From positions 1 through 58,339 of IMG/VR virus record IMGVR_UViG_3300032224_000787: a stretch of 58,339 nucleotides of DNA. One strand, 5' to 3'. Position 1 is the first letter of the stretch; each line of letters starts with the position of its first letter. The stretch comes from a virus (taxonomy: Duplodnaviria; Caudoviricetes). Below are positions 29,402 to 38,753 of this stretch, piece by piece. A program made the position numbers and the translations under genes. The notes below the pieces were generated by a model that had not been told where the DNA came from, made no database searches, and saw nothing but the letters and a program-made list of their open reading frames with translations.

Positions 29402-30193
29402 TTAGTTAATAATTGTTTTTTCAGTAATAACTCGGTTTGTACCACGCTCCAAGCTAGATTGCTTCAAGCTACCGTACAATAGTTTATCTTGCTGTGCTTT
29501 AGCACGCTCTGCCGTTAACTCAACAAGTTGTCTACGCATAGCCTCAGGGCTATTTGTAACTGACAATCCTTCTTGCTGAACACGAGCAATAACTTGCATA
29601 TCAGATAAACGTGAAATAGACTGTTGAGCCTCCATCATTTTCTGTGCCCAAGTAGAATCTACTGCCATAGCTGATGTCATATTCTCAAAGAATGCGATAC
29701 CATATTGGCTGTGGTTACGTAGATATTCAACTTCTAATGCAGAATTCACCTTGATAGATGAAACAGAAATAACTTGAACGTCACGGTTACGCTTACGTTT
29801 TGTGCGAACTAGCGGCTTGAATTTGATTGCACCATGCGGAGGTAAGCTTTCTACACCACGTTTTTTATCACCGTGAATAGAGAAGTTCATAGAGAATGCA
29901 AAGAATACAACTGGTTGTTCTAACCAATCATCTTGAAGATCCTCAACATATTTTAAATCAGCATCAATTTCTTTTTGAGCTTCTGCTGTTTTAAGTTTAT
30001 TGATTTGACTTGAAAACTTATTAAGGAGTTTCTCCTCAAGTTCTTTCATCATTTTTTCCACGATTGAAACAGGAAGTGCTTCTTCTTTTTTCTCTACAAC
30101 AACTTGCTCCTCTTTCATCTCTTGTGCGTTAAGCTCCTCAAATACTGTAGTTTCAGCTGTAGGAGTAACGTCTTGTACTTTTTTTACTGGCAT
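29402..30193 (-). CDS. Head-associated protein
   Basis: Gene immediately downstream of the major capsid gene. Confidence 0.5.
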   Translation of the reverse strand: MPVKKVQDVTPTAETTVFEELNAQEMKEEQVVVEKKEEALPVSIVEKMMKELEEKLLNKFSSQINKLKTAEAQKEIDADLKYVEDLQDDWLEQPVVFFAFSMNFSIHGDKKRGVESLPPHGAIKFKPLVRTKRKRNRDVQVISVSSIKVNSALEVEYLRNHSQYGIAFFENMTSAMAVDSTWAQKMMEAQQSISRLSDMQVIARVQQEGLSVTNSPEAMRRQLVELTAERAKAQQDKLLYGSLKQSSLERGTNRVITEKTIIN

Positions 30194-30213
30194 AATTAAA
30201 AAATTAAAGTTTT

Positions 30214-30240
30214 AAAAGAAGGGAGGCCGAAACCTCCCTA
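30214..30240 (-). terminator. Intrinsic terminator after the major capsid gene
   Basis: Minus strand AGGGAGGT-TTCG-GCCTCCCT-TCTTTT (UUCG-capped hairpin plus U tract). Confidence 0.85.
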
Positions 30241-30258
30241 TCTAGTAGTTAACAGATA

Positions 30259-31497
30259 TTACATATTAACGTCAAGGTATGCACAAGCAAGTGGGTTGTG
30301 GAATTTCACGCCCATGTTGCAGTCTACCCATACGTCACCGTAACGCTTAGGAACACCATCCTCTAATTTGAGTGTGTCACCTGAACGCTCACCCCAAAGC
30401 TGAGTACGCTTGATGTTTTTCATATCAAGAAGTACAATACGATTCTCGAAAGAACCTGGGAATGATGCCTTATCTTCGAAACGTTTGAACGGAACGAGAA
30501 CGATACGTGAAGAACCAAGATTGATTTCTTTCAAGTTCAACAATGCGATCTCATCGTTAGGTGCGTAACGAGTAAGTTCTTCTTTGTAAGCCAAAGAAAG
30601 TGCACGGTGCATACGTGGAGTCATGTAAGCCATACGAGCTTGACCATAATCACCATATTCAGAAGACAATACGATATCTTCGAATGCGTCTACCAAAGTT
30701 GCAGTAGTTGCAACAGCGTTAGGAGCACCAGCTTCTACCATAGCAGAGAATACACCACCTGTAGTTTTAGCAGGAGTACCGTCAGCAGTGATGATCTCAC
30801 CTTTTTGACCAGTCCAGAATGCGTTAGAAAGGTCGATACGGTGTTGGTTGAACATCGCATTACGTTCCATTTCAAGGAAGTTAGAGGTAGTACCCATAGT
30901 CTTCAACTTGTGAAGCTCAACTTCAGAGTAACGGATAGCTTTGTTGAACAACTGAACGTAGTTTACACGCTCAATTGTAGAAGCACGGAAGTACTGAGCG
31001 AAACCGTCAGAACCATCATGGTCAACAGAAGATACGTTAGCAAGGATGTCATCAGCTGCAACAGCAGGAAGAGTGTCACCATTGTAAGGAGATACAGTTA
31101 CCGTCAACAAAGAAGTGTCAACAGAAATCACACTACCTTTTTGTCCGTTAGGATAAGAGATAATTGTGTTAGTTGAGATGTTGTCTGTAGATGTAACAGA
31201 AATTGTTTGAGTTGTAGGCCAAGAAACAGCAGCAGAAGAAGCTGTAGCTACAAGTGGCTCACGTTGGTAACCCATCTCTTGGTAGAAGAATTCGTCAGAG
31301 TTTACTTGCTCTGCCGCTACCATGTTTAACAATTTCAAATCCATGAACTGCTGAGGAGCAGCATCAAAGATTGCACGGTTAGTCAACTTTTGTACGAGTA
31401 ACGAGATATCGTGACCATACAAAGCTGCATACTCAGATCCTACGGAGTTGTAGTTCTGGTTAGTGAACTTAACGTTCGGTTCATTATATAAAGCCAT
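30259..31497 (-). CDS. Major capsid protein
   Basis: 412 aa, highly biased codon use, follows portal and scaffold; NYVQLF...FWTGQK...TTGGV motifs resemble DUF5309/SU10-type capsids; followed by a strong terminator. Confidence 0.85.
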   Translation of the reverse strand: MALYNEPNVKFTNQNYNSVGSEYAALYGHDISLLVQKLTNRAIFDAAPQQFMDLKLLNMVAAEQVNSDEFFYQEMGYQREPLVATASSAAVSWPTTQTISVTSTDNISTNTIISYPNGQKGSVISVDTSLLTVTVSPYNGDTLPAVAADDILANVSSVDHDGSDGFAQYFRASTIERVNYVQLFNKAIRYSEVELHKLKTMGTTSNFLEMERNAMFNQHRIDLSNAFWTGQKGEIITADGTPAKTTGGVFSAMVEAGAPNAVATTATLVDAFEDIVLSSEYGDYGQARMAYMTPRMHRALSLAYKEELTRYAPNDEIALLNLKEINLGSSRIVLVPFKRFEDKASFPGSFENRIVLLDMKNIKRTQLWGERSGDTLKLEDGVPKRYGDVWVDCNMGVKFHNPLACAYLDVNM

Positions 31498-31530
31498 TTT
31501 GCTTCAGTTTAAAAATTTACAATTAATTTA

Positions 31531-32703
31531 CTATGCGTATGGATCTCCTTTGAATAAACCACTCAAGTGCTGTGCCGCCTGAGGAACTTGTCCTTGGTTT
31601 GGACCTGATGCTTTTTGCTTACGCAATTGCTTCGGACTTGAATCGACTATCTTTTGGTTAGCCACACTTTCACCTTGACGCTGGGCAATCTTCTTGACGG
31701 ATTCCAACATCTTCTTGCCGTACATAGCATACGCAACTAATTCAGCTGCATCTTCTTTATATGTACCATCGGCATTCATGAAAAGATTATCTGCTTTCCC
31801 CTCAACCAATATGTTCCTGATCTTAGAGACCTCGGACTTACTGAAGTTAGGGTAAGCCTTACTTAGATTTTCAACGGAAAGGAGTGCCGTTTTCTTCAAA
31901 GATTCATGTTCGTTTCTTTGACGATTCAGGAAGTCCTCACGCTCTTTCTCTAATGCTTTTTTGTCATCGACAAACAACCTTTTTGTTGAACTCGCTAGAA
32001 GCTTAATCCTATTCTGGTATTCAGACTCAGAAATATCTCCATCTTCAAATTCAGAGATAATCTCATCGTACTGCTCACCAAAATAATGCTGGACAAGGCT
32101 TTCAGGATCTTGTTTAGTAAAATCACCTGAAAAGTCCAGTCTTTGAGTCATAGTCAATGCCTTCGTGTAGTCCTCACCTGATGCCCACATCTCAATAGAT
32201 GCACGCAAATCAATTGGCAAAGCCTGCAAGTCAGCAGTTAACGCTTCGTACTCACGTTTTAATTCAGATCCCTCTTGGGCCTGACTTCTCCACGTTTCAA
32301 CAGATGAAAAGAACTTAGACGCATCATTCACGCCATAACGACTAGAGATAAGGTCAATCATCTCCTTCGGTGGCTCAAAATTAAGTTTAATTTCCTTTGC
32401 CTTTTTTGGAGCTGACATGATTCCAAAGATGTCATCGGGAGAACCACCTTGGTCTTCACTATCATCTTCTTCATCTTCGTCCTCATCTTCCTCACCGTTT
32501 TGAGGTGCTTGACTACTTGCCTGTAAGCTAGACATCAAGTCTTTATACTCCTGAGAGTTTGCGAAGCTAGGGTCCATTCCGGCCAAAGCTTCAATTTGTC
32601 GAAGTTGTTCTTGCATCCCCGGATCTAGCTCTGCAACAGCTGGGCTGTCAAAGATATCCTGAGACGCAACTTGAACTTCTTTTTCGAAGTTTGTATCACT
32701 CAT
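31531..32703 (-). CDS. Capsid scaffolding protein
   Basis: Acidic, coiled-coil, poly-E/D tract; between portal and capsid genes. Confidence 0.7.
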   Translation of the reverse strand: MSDTNFEKEVQVASQDIFDSPAVAELDPGMQEQLRQIEALAGMDPSFANSQEYKDLMSSLQASSQAPQNGEEDEDEDEEDDSEDQGGSPDDIFGIMSAPKKAKEIKLNFEPPKEMIDLISSRYGVNDASKFFSSVETWRSQAQEGSELKREYEALTADLQALPIDLRASIEMWASGEDYTKALTMTQRLDFSGDFTKQDPESLVQHYFGEQYDEIISEFEDGDISESEYQNRIKLLASSTKRLFVDDKKALEKEREDFLNRQRNEHESLKKTALLSVENLSKAYPNFSKSEVSKIRNILVEGKADNLFMNADGTYKEDAAELVAYAMYGKKMLESVKKIAQRQGESVANQKIVDSSPKQLRKQKASGPNQGQVPQAAQHLSGLFKGDPYA

Positions 32704-32720
32704 ACTTTACTTTATTTGTT

Positions 32721-32728
32721 CAAAAATA
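32721..32728 (-). promoter_or_regulatory. Bacteroidota sigmaA -7 element
   Basis: TATTTTTG on the minus strand upstream of the scaffold ATG 32703. Confidence 0.6.
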
Positions 32729-32733
32729 ATCAT

Positions 32734-34938
32734 TTATTGCAAACCTTGCATTTTAATTATATCCCTTTCTGTTTTGGCATCTTCTTTCATAGCAACTTTT
32801 TCCATTTCTTGCTGATGTTTCATTTGATCCATGTCAATTTGTTTTTGCTCTTGCTCTTGTTGAGCTTGTTGCAACTGACCAACCATATCTGCTTGAGCTG
32901 CCATTCCTGCTGCCGCTCCTTCATTAGCTGCTTTATCAGCTTGTTGTTGAGCCATCAATTTATCTCTTTGGAATCTGCGTAGTGCATCGGCAACCAACTC
33001 AGGTGTAGCACGATTGAATAAGTTTGCAAACGTAATCTGATCAATCATACCTGCTTGAAGCAACGTAAACAACAATTGATTTGCTGCATTGATTCCTTGC
33101 TCAGGAGTTTCTGAACGCTTAATAAATATTCTATAGTCTTGCAGTAAGTGGTCTTTGGTAATCATAATTCTACCCAATCCATCATCACCAACCATCATAG
33201 CTAGTTTACGTGGGTTGTCGTGGTAGATAGCTTTACCAACTGTAGCCATATGCTCGTATGCCTGACGTAAGATAGATGTCAATGCCCAATAAAACGGCTC
33301 TTGTACTAGTGAACCACGCTGAATCTGAGCTTCAACAACTCCAACCAATACATCGCCACCACCTTGAGTTCCTGTCATAGCCTCATTCACACCTGTAACA
33401 TCCTGAATAGATTGTTGTACAGCTTGAATAACTTGGAACATCTGTAGCGTTCCAGTACCAATGTTTGTTCCATAAGTACCAATAGCATTTTGTACTGATC
33501 CAACACGGTCAGTATCTACAAAGATTGGTTTAGATGAGTTGATGTTACGATTGATGTCTGCTTCACCATCTCTATCGTCAACAGCTGACTTGGAGATAAC
33601 AGTACCGCTACCACGCATATTTGCCATCTGAGACTCGATAACTGATATAGTGCGGTTAAGGAACCTTTGTGGATCGATAACGTCATCTAGTGGCGTTAAA
33701 ACCTCTCCACGGTCATATACCCAAGTGTAGCACTTATACGGGAAGCGAACGTTGGCAGGGTCGTAAAGGTTTTTCTCTTGGTAAGGCATAATTCCGTACT
33801 CAAGAACGATGTCTCCGTAGCCAATTTCCTCTTGAGGAATCATAATGCAGTAACGAAGGATATCTACGTAGATAGTCTGCTTCTTTTTGTTACCCATTTC
33901 CTCTTTATGTTTTTCAGTTTGAGGTTCAATCAGGTCTTTATCAGTGTATTTAGAAGTTGAATCGTTAACCATGGTGTAGTAAGGATATCCATACTCATCC
34001 ATCACCCATCCATATTCTTTCTTCTCAACATCTTTCCAATATACTTCGTAAGTAGGAACTTTCCCACCAGGTATGGTGTAGATTCCATTTACAATTTTGT
34101 GCATATTGTTTTGATTCGTGTGGTTTGAGTAGTTCTCAATTGCCTCACGCTCATCGTTTGTTAAGTGTGGATACTTCTCAAAGATAGATGGACTATCCAT
34201 GTAGTACCATTCACCCATAAACTCAGCATCAGTTAAGTCAGGTTTCTTAGCAGACATATCCCACAAGAAGAATAGTGGGTTTACAGATTCTGCCATGTAG
34301 TTTTCCCCTGCCTCATAACCTTTGTAGATACCTAATCCACAAAGAGCTAGGTTACGAGTGATTTGAGTTTTTAACTCATCGATGTTAACTTCATTAGCAA
34401 TGAATTCAAGCAAGTTATTTATATCCTTTTCGTAATTCTCAACGAAAGTATTGTAAAACAACTCTTCTGTCTCCATCTCAGTGTCAAGAACAGGATTGTT
34501 TTCCTGGATAATTTCTTTTAGAAACGGCATTGCATCCCCAACTTTTTGTAGGGACTTAAGTCTTTTGAGTTCTTGCTCACGCTTGTTGATTACGAAATCA
34601 GACACGCAGTTGGCACGAGCATCGTATGATAAACGAATAGCATTACCAACGTACTGTTGTACCATTGGCTTGATAACGTTCTTTGTCCATTTAAGTCGGT
34701 TACGAACATCTCCTGACTCATCCAAGAAGAATGCTTCGATGTCCTCTTCGAATATCCACTGACCATCTTGACCTTTGAAGAATGACCAGTTGATCAAGCA
34801 CTTGTTGATATATCTGCGGTAGATGTAATTGCTCATAATAGCAAGACAGTACTTCGCATATTCCTTGTGGTAGTCCTTATCCTTTTTTCCTTGTAGCTTA
34901 TTAGGTCTAAGTCTACCTGTGCTGAACATATAACTCAT
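32734..34938 (-). CDS. Portal protein
   Basis: 734 aa; QDVTGVNEAMTG motif and Q-rich C-terminal barrel helix as in P22/crAss-type portals; upstream of scaffold and capsid. Confidence 0.85.
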   Translation of the reverse strand: MSYMFSTGRLRPNKLQGKKDKDYHKEYAKYCLAIMSNYIYRRYINKCLINWSFFKGQDGQWIFEEDIEAFFLDESGDVRNRLKWTKNVIKPMVQQYVGNAIRLSYDARANCVSDFVINKREQELKRLKSLQKVGDAMPFLKEIIQENNPVLDTEMETEELFYNTFVENYEKDINNLLEFIANEVNIDELKTQITRNLALCGLGIYKGYEAGENYMAESVNPLFFLWDMSAKKPDLTDAEFMGEWYYMDSPSIFEKYPHLTNDEREAIENYSNHTNQNNMHKIVNGIYTIPGGKVPTYEVYWKDVEKKEYGWVMDEYGYPYYTMVNDSTSKYTDKDLIEPQTEKHKEEMGNKKKQTIYVDILRYCIMIPQEEIGYGDIVLEYGIMPYQEKNLYDPANVRFPYKCYTWVYDRGEVLTPLDDVIDPQRFLNRTISVIESQMANMRGSGTVISKSAVDDRDGEADINRNINSSKPIFVDTDRVGSVQNAIGTYGTNIGTGTLQMFQVIQAVQQSIQDVTGVNEAMTGTQGGGDVLVGVVEAQIQRGSLVQEPFYWALTSILRQAYEHMATVGKAIYHDNPRKLAMMVGDDGLGRIMITKDHLLQDYRIFIKRSETPEQGINAANQLLFTLLQAGMIDQITFANLFNRATPELVADALRRFQRDKLMAQQQADKAANEGAAAGMAAQADMVGQLQQAQQEQEQKQIDMDQMKHQQEMEKVAMKEDAKTERDIIKMQGLQ

Positions 34939-34939
34939 A

Positions 34940-35503
34940 TCACTTCAATACATCATTAATTTTAACAAGCACTTGCTTCCTAGTCTTCTTGTCTACAGTC
35001 TTGGCTCCGTATGCTGATTCTAAGTTTTTAATCATTCCCGGAAGCTCATCATTAACCTTGACAACTAAGTCAGTGTACTTTTTCTTTTCATCAATGTCCA
35101 TGGCCGCAAGTGTCTGAGAGTCAAGGACAATCATTTCGTTCAATATTTCAAACATATATTGCGTCATCAACTTTGCCCTCAACCTGTACTCAGGATTGAA
35201 TGACTCCATTTTTTTGACGGCATTGACGATATAGTCAGGAAGCTCCCCTCTGATAATCTCGCCAAGGTCTTTGCGGATATGGTAATCTCTTCCGTAGGTT
35301 AACTCTAGGGCTTTTGATAACCGATCCTTTTTGCTTAGTCTGTAAATTGGACTTGTTCTATTTCCAAGTAACCAACTAAGTCTTACCTCTTTTGCTTTCA
35401 GTCCTTTAAACTCGTCTATCTCAGCTAACTCAGGGTACTCTAACCTCAGATCGTTTTCTGTTTCTAGCCCGAATAGAACTAATTCAACTTCTTTTTCAGC
35501 CAT
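34940..35503 (-). CDS. Hypothetical head-morphogenesis protein
   Basis: Helical ORF directly upstream of the portal. Confidence 0.55.
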   Translation of the reverse strand: MAEKEVELVLFGLETENDLRLEYPELAEIDEFKGLKAKEVRLSWLLGNRTSPIYRLSKKDRLSKALELTYGRDYHIRKDLGEIIRGELPDYIVNAVKKMESFNPEYRLRAKLMTQYMFEILNEMIVLDSQTLAAMDIDEKKKYTDLVVKVNDELPGMIKNLESAYGAKTVDKKTRKQVLVKINDVLK

Positions 35504-35512
35504 AAAAGTAAT

Positions 35513-35547
35513 AAAAAAATAGGGTAGACAATTTAATGCCTACCCTA
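35513..35547 (-). terminator. Intrinsic terminator
   Basis: Minus strand TAGGGTAGGCA-TTAAAT-TGTCTACCCTA-TTTTTTT. Confidence 0.8.
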
Positions 35548-35555
35548 CAAAGATA
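35548..35555 (-). promoter_or_regulatory. Bacteroidota sigmaA -7 element abutting the terminator
   Basis: TATCTTTG on the minus strand immediately before the hairpin. Confidence 0.55.
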
Positions 35556-35567
35556 ATTAAAATTTAA

Positions 35568-36398
35568 TTATACTGCTGGACAACCTAAGTAGTCTACATA
35601 CTGAGTAGAAGTTGCAGCATAAGAACCGTTCAAGATTGAAGTCAATTTTGTAACAGTTGCAGCAGCACCAGCATCAGCAGCATTCAAGTATACCAAAGCA
35701 GTAACCGGCTTAGAAACCTCCATACCATTAACTAGGTTTGTGCGGATTTTTTTACGGTAAATAATTTGGTAAGTTTGGTAAAGAGCAGCAGAAACTAAAC
35801 CAGCATTGTTGATTTGAGCAAGAACTTGTGATGGAGTTCCATTAGGAGATACCCATGCAGTAGAATCAGTAACTGTAGCGCCAACAGGAGCAACAACGTT
35901 CAATGCACCGTAACCTGGGTTCTTAGCTGTGATACGAACAGTTGTAGAAGAAACTACAGCAGCAGTAAAGTAAGCATTGATGTCAGCATTGATTTCAGCA
36001 ACAAGCAATGTAGCTACTTCAGCAGCAGTTGGTGTAGCGTCTGTACCAACAGTGTAAGTGCGAGCTTGGAAAACAGCGCTAGTTTCAACACCTCCACTAA
36101 AGAAAGCTTGAGCGTAAGGAGCAGAAACAGTAAGAGTTACAAGACCATTTCCAGGAGTAGGGAATGATAATGGAACACCAGATAATTGAACATCAACTAC
36201 GTTAGCAGTACCAGCAGTACCAGCAGTGTAGCGGAAACCAAGAAGGTCAGAAGCTTTGAGTTTCAAAGCAACAGCTCCAGATTCGTCTTTAATGCTCAAC
36301 AAGCCAGAAGCAAGGACAACATCAGTAGCGGCTACTGGTGTGTTTAGTAATAATGCAGAATCAGCATTGATTACCGGAAGTTTAAAAGTAATTGCCAT
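35568..36398 (-). CDS. Abundant auxiliary capsid/head decoration protein
   Basis: A/T/V-rich, biased codons, own promoter and terminator; likely start MAITFK at 36398. Confidence 0.6.
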   Translation of the reverse strand: MAITFKLPVINADSALLLNTPVAATDVVLASGLLSIKDESGAVALKLKASDLLGFRYTAGTAGTANVVDVQLSGVPLSFPTPGNGLVTLTVSAPYAQAFFSGGVETSAVFQARTYTVGTDATPTAAEVATLLVAEINADINAYFTAAVVSSTTVRITAKNPGYGALNVVAPVGATVTDSTAWVSPNGTPSQVLAQINNAGLVSAALYQTYQIIYRKKIRTNLVNGMEVSKPVTALVYLNAADAGAAATVTKLTSILNGSYAATSTQYVDYLGCPAV

Positions 36399-36471
36399 TT
36401 TAAATAAAATTATACACCGACCTAAGTCTGTGTGGTTAAAACAATAACCATGCACCGTGCATAGTACTTGG

Positions 36472-36479
36472 CAAATATA
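36472..36479 (-). promoter_or_regulatory. Bacteroidota sigmaA -7 element
   Basis: TATATTTG on the minus strand. Confidence 0.6.
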
Positions 36480-36499
36480 GACAAAAAATTAATAAAAAA

Positions 36500-36666
36500 T
36501 TTTGGGTTTGGGTTTCTTTCTTTTTCTTTTTGATTAAGTATATGTGAGTATATACGTAGTATATACGAATATATAGTTAATCTTTTCTTTTCTCTTTTTC
36601 TTTTTTTGCTTCTTTTTTTCTTTTTCTCTTTTCTTATTTTTCTTTTTCTTTCTTTAATTTTTTTTA
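36500..36666. repeat. Pyrimidine (T/C)-rich low-complexity tract around an imperfect palindrome
   Basis: Runs of TTTTC/TTTTTC flanking GATTAA...GTATATACG x2...TTAATC (36532-36582). Confidence 0.7.
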
Positions 36667-36673
36667 CCCAAGA

Positions 36674-36705
36674 TTTGGTAGATACAAAAAAGGTTCGTAG
36701 GTTTG
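36674..36705 (+). promoter_or_regulatory. Bacteroidota sigmaA promoter (-33/-7)
   Basis: TTTG (36674-77), 20-nt spacer, TAGGTTTG (36698-705). Confidence 0.7.
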
Positions 36706-36749
36706 TACCGAGACTAGCACCTCAGCATTTTTCTTCATAAGGTTTTTCT

Positions 36750-36791
36750 ACCCCCTGTTTTCCTGCTAGTCTTACGGGGGGTTATTTTTTT
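36750..36791 (+). terminator. Leader terminator/attenuator
   Basis: ACCCCCTGT(36750-58)/ACGGGGGGT(36774-82) stem followed by TATTTTTTT, between the promoter and the first ORF. Confidence 0.65.
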
Positions 36792-36795
36792 AGTT

Positions 36796-37080
36796 ATGGA
36801 TAATTTCAGAGTAGTTTGCGTTAACGATTCCGGTATGCCAAGTACATTCCCTAAATCATCTTGGATCAAGAAAGGTTCAGTTTACACAGTTGTGGATGCA
36901 GCAAAGCTTGCTAGGCAACACATGGTTCTTGGATATAAGCTTGCAGAGGTGGACATTCCATCAAACTCTCCGTATGAGTATTTTCTAGCAAATAGATTCC
37001 GTCCGTATTCTGATGATGATGCTATTGCAGAAAAGTTGGTGGAGGAATTAATCGAAGAATTAGAGCTAGAGAATGTTTGA
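36796..37080 (+). CDS. Hypothetical protein (SH3-like)
   Basis: RVVCVND...IKKGSVYTV...F...RF pattern common in Bacteroidota phage small proteins. Confidence 0.65.
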   Translation: MDNFRVVCVNDSGMPSTFPKSSWIKKGSVYTVVDAAKLARQHMVLGYKLAEVDIPSNSPYEYFLANRFRPYSDDDAIAEKLVEELIEELELENV

Positions 37081-37813
37081 GATATTCGAAAAACTAGATA
37101 AGTTCAATGGAATTGTTTTCCATGAAGAGGAGCATAAGTACCTGTACGATGGTGTTGAGTGCGTATCGGTAACCACCATGATTAAAAACTTTGAGCCTAT
37201 ATTCAATCAGGAGCTCATGGCAAGCCTATACGCAAAGAAGCATGGCTTAGAGATGTTCGAGGTCCTTAAGAGCTGGGAAAACGTCAGAGATAGATCAGCG
37301 CTCGTAGGAACAGAGATACACAAGTACGCAGAAATGCGGTTCAATCAGAAATGCTATACGCCTGATCCTACTCATCTAATCCCCGTAAATTTAATGGGAA
37401 TGGTGGAAGATTTTTACTCAATGGCTAAGGGTAGACTTATTCCTGTAAAAATGGAATGGGTTGTAGGTGACAAAGAAAAAGGAATCTGCGGAATGGTGGA
37501 CAAGTTGTTCTACAACGTCAGAGCTAAAGAGCTTCAGATATGGGACTACAAGACTAGTAAGAAGATTGATTCAAAATCAATTTACAACAAGAAGATGAGG
37601 GGCCCAATTACGCACCTAGAATCATGTGAGTTAGTTAAGTACAGTCTTCAGCTAGGCGTGTATAAAAAAATAATTGAGAAAAATTGTCAAATTAAATTAG
37701 GTAATTCCTATATTTGTTGGTTAAATGAAGTGAATGAGAGCTTTAAGGTCATTGAAACACTTGATTTAAGTAATGAAGTAGACCTAATTTGGAATGCCTA
37801 TGAGCACATCTAG
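37073..37813 (+). CDS. PD-(D/E)xK exonuclease (Cas4/lambda-exo-like)
   Basis: H.Y...SVTT, GTEIH..AE, E...GMVD..., IWDYKTS, YSLQL..Y motifs. Confidence 0.8.
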   Translation: MFEIFEKLDKFNGIVFHEEEHKYLYDGVECVSVTTMIKNFEPIFNQELMASLYAKKHGLEMFEVLKSWENVRDRSALVGTEIHKYAEMRFNQKCYTPDPTHLIPVNLMGMVEDFYSMAKGRLIPVKMEWVVGDKEKGICGMVDKLFYNVRAKELQIWDYKTSKKIDSKSIYNKKMRGPITHLESCELVKYSLQLGVYKKIIEKNCQIKLGNSYICWLNEVNESFKVIETLDLSNEVDLIWNAYEHI

Positions 37814-38141
37814 TGCCTATTCAAGCAATAAACTTAAGCAAGTTTTAGAAAATAAGACTCAGCATTTTATCCTCAAATCTTTCGTGTATCCTGCCTTTGA
37901 GCATCACCGTAAGAAATCAGAATATCACCTGTACTGGATTAATATGAATAAAGGAGTATTTGAGGAGTACCCTAAGTACAAAAATATGTCCTGCAAGATG
38001 TTAAACAAGAAAGAGATGAAATTATTTCTTTCTGTTCTAAATGAATATCATCAAGCCGTAAATAATAAATACGGAATAGTATGGGAAAATAAAAAACTAG
38101 GCCTTGATAAAAACCTAGTTCTAAATCAATCTCAAGAATAA
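37794..38141 (+). CDS. Hypothetical protein
   Basis: ORF overlapping the exonuclease stop. Confidence 0.6.
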   Translation: MPMSTSSAYSSNKLKQVLENKTQHFILKSFVYPAFEHHRKKSEYHLYWINMNKGVFEEYPKYKNMSCKMLNKKEMKLFLSVLNEYHQAVNNKYGIVWENKKLGLDKNLVLNQSQE

Positions 38142-38148
38142 AATATTT

Positions 38149-38721
38149 TTATCCTACGTTAAATATATTAAAGTTCACAGATGGTGATAAAGGTCTCGTT
38201 GGATTAGTACCTGATGGTGTTGCTAAAAGCTTCATACCTGTAACTGCTGACCACCAATAAAATTTAATATATTGACCTGCATTTAAGGCAACTGTGTCTG
38301 ATAACCTACCTAAAGTTTGATCATTTTGTGCTCCAGTAGTTGTAAATGTAAATGCTGAGTTTGGAACAATTACGTCATCTACAGTATACCAAATAGTTAC
38401 ATTGTAAGGTGATGAAGCTCCACCTGTAAAACTAAGTTGAACAGCAAAATCCATATAGTAATTTCCTGAAACGCTAACATTTACTCTATTGTCAGGACCT
38501 AATGTAAATCCATTAGCATTTTGTGTAGAGTTAATTAAAACTTGATTAGCAACAGTTGCTCCGGCATTATTTTGAGTTGTAGTATCAAAGAATGTTGCTG
38601 ATCTTAAAAGTGTATCGTTGTAATTTAATTTAGATACAATATCATTTATATCCTCTACGATATACTTTTCATTGGTGCTCTGACCAAATCCTTTGAGTTG
38701 AGATCTTTGTTGGATAGACAT
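38149..38721 (-). CDS. Fibre-like protein with C1q/TNF-like beta C-terminal domain
   Basis: VSVSGNYYMDFAVQL...VALNAGQYIKFYW pattern. Confidence 0.6.
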   Translation of the reverse strand: MSIQQRSQLKGFGQSTNEKYIVEDINDIVSKLNYNDTLLRSATFFDTTTQNNAGATVANQVLINSTQNANGFTLGPDNRVNVSVSGNYYMDFAVQLSFTGGASSPYNVTIWYTVDDVIVPNSAFTFTTTGAQNDQTLGRLSDTVALNAGQYIKFYWWSAVTGMKLLATPSGTNPTRPLSPSVNFNIFNVG

Positions 38722-38738
38722 AACTAATTATTTTATAG

Positions 38739-38746
38739 CAAAGATA
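38739..38746 (-). promoter_or_regulatory. Bacteroidota sigmaA -7 element
   Basis: TATCTTTG on the minus strand upstream of ATG 38721. Confidence 0.6.
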
Positions 38747-38753
38747 ATTGTTT

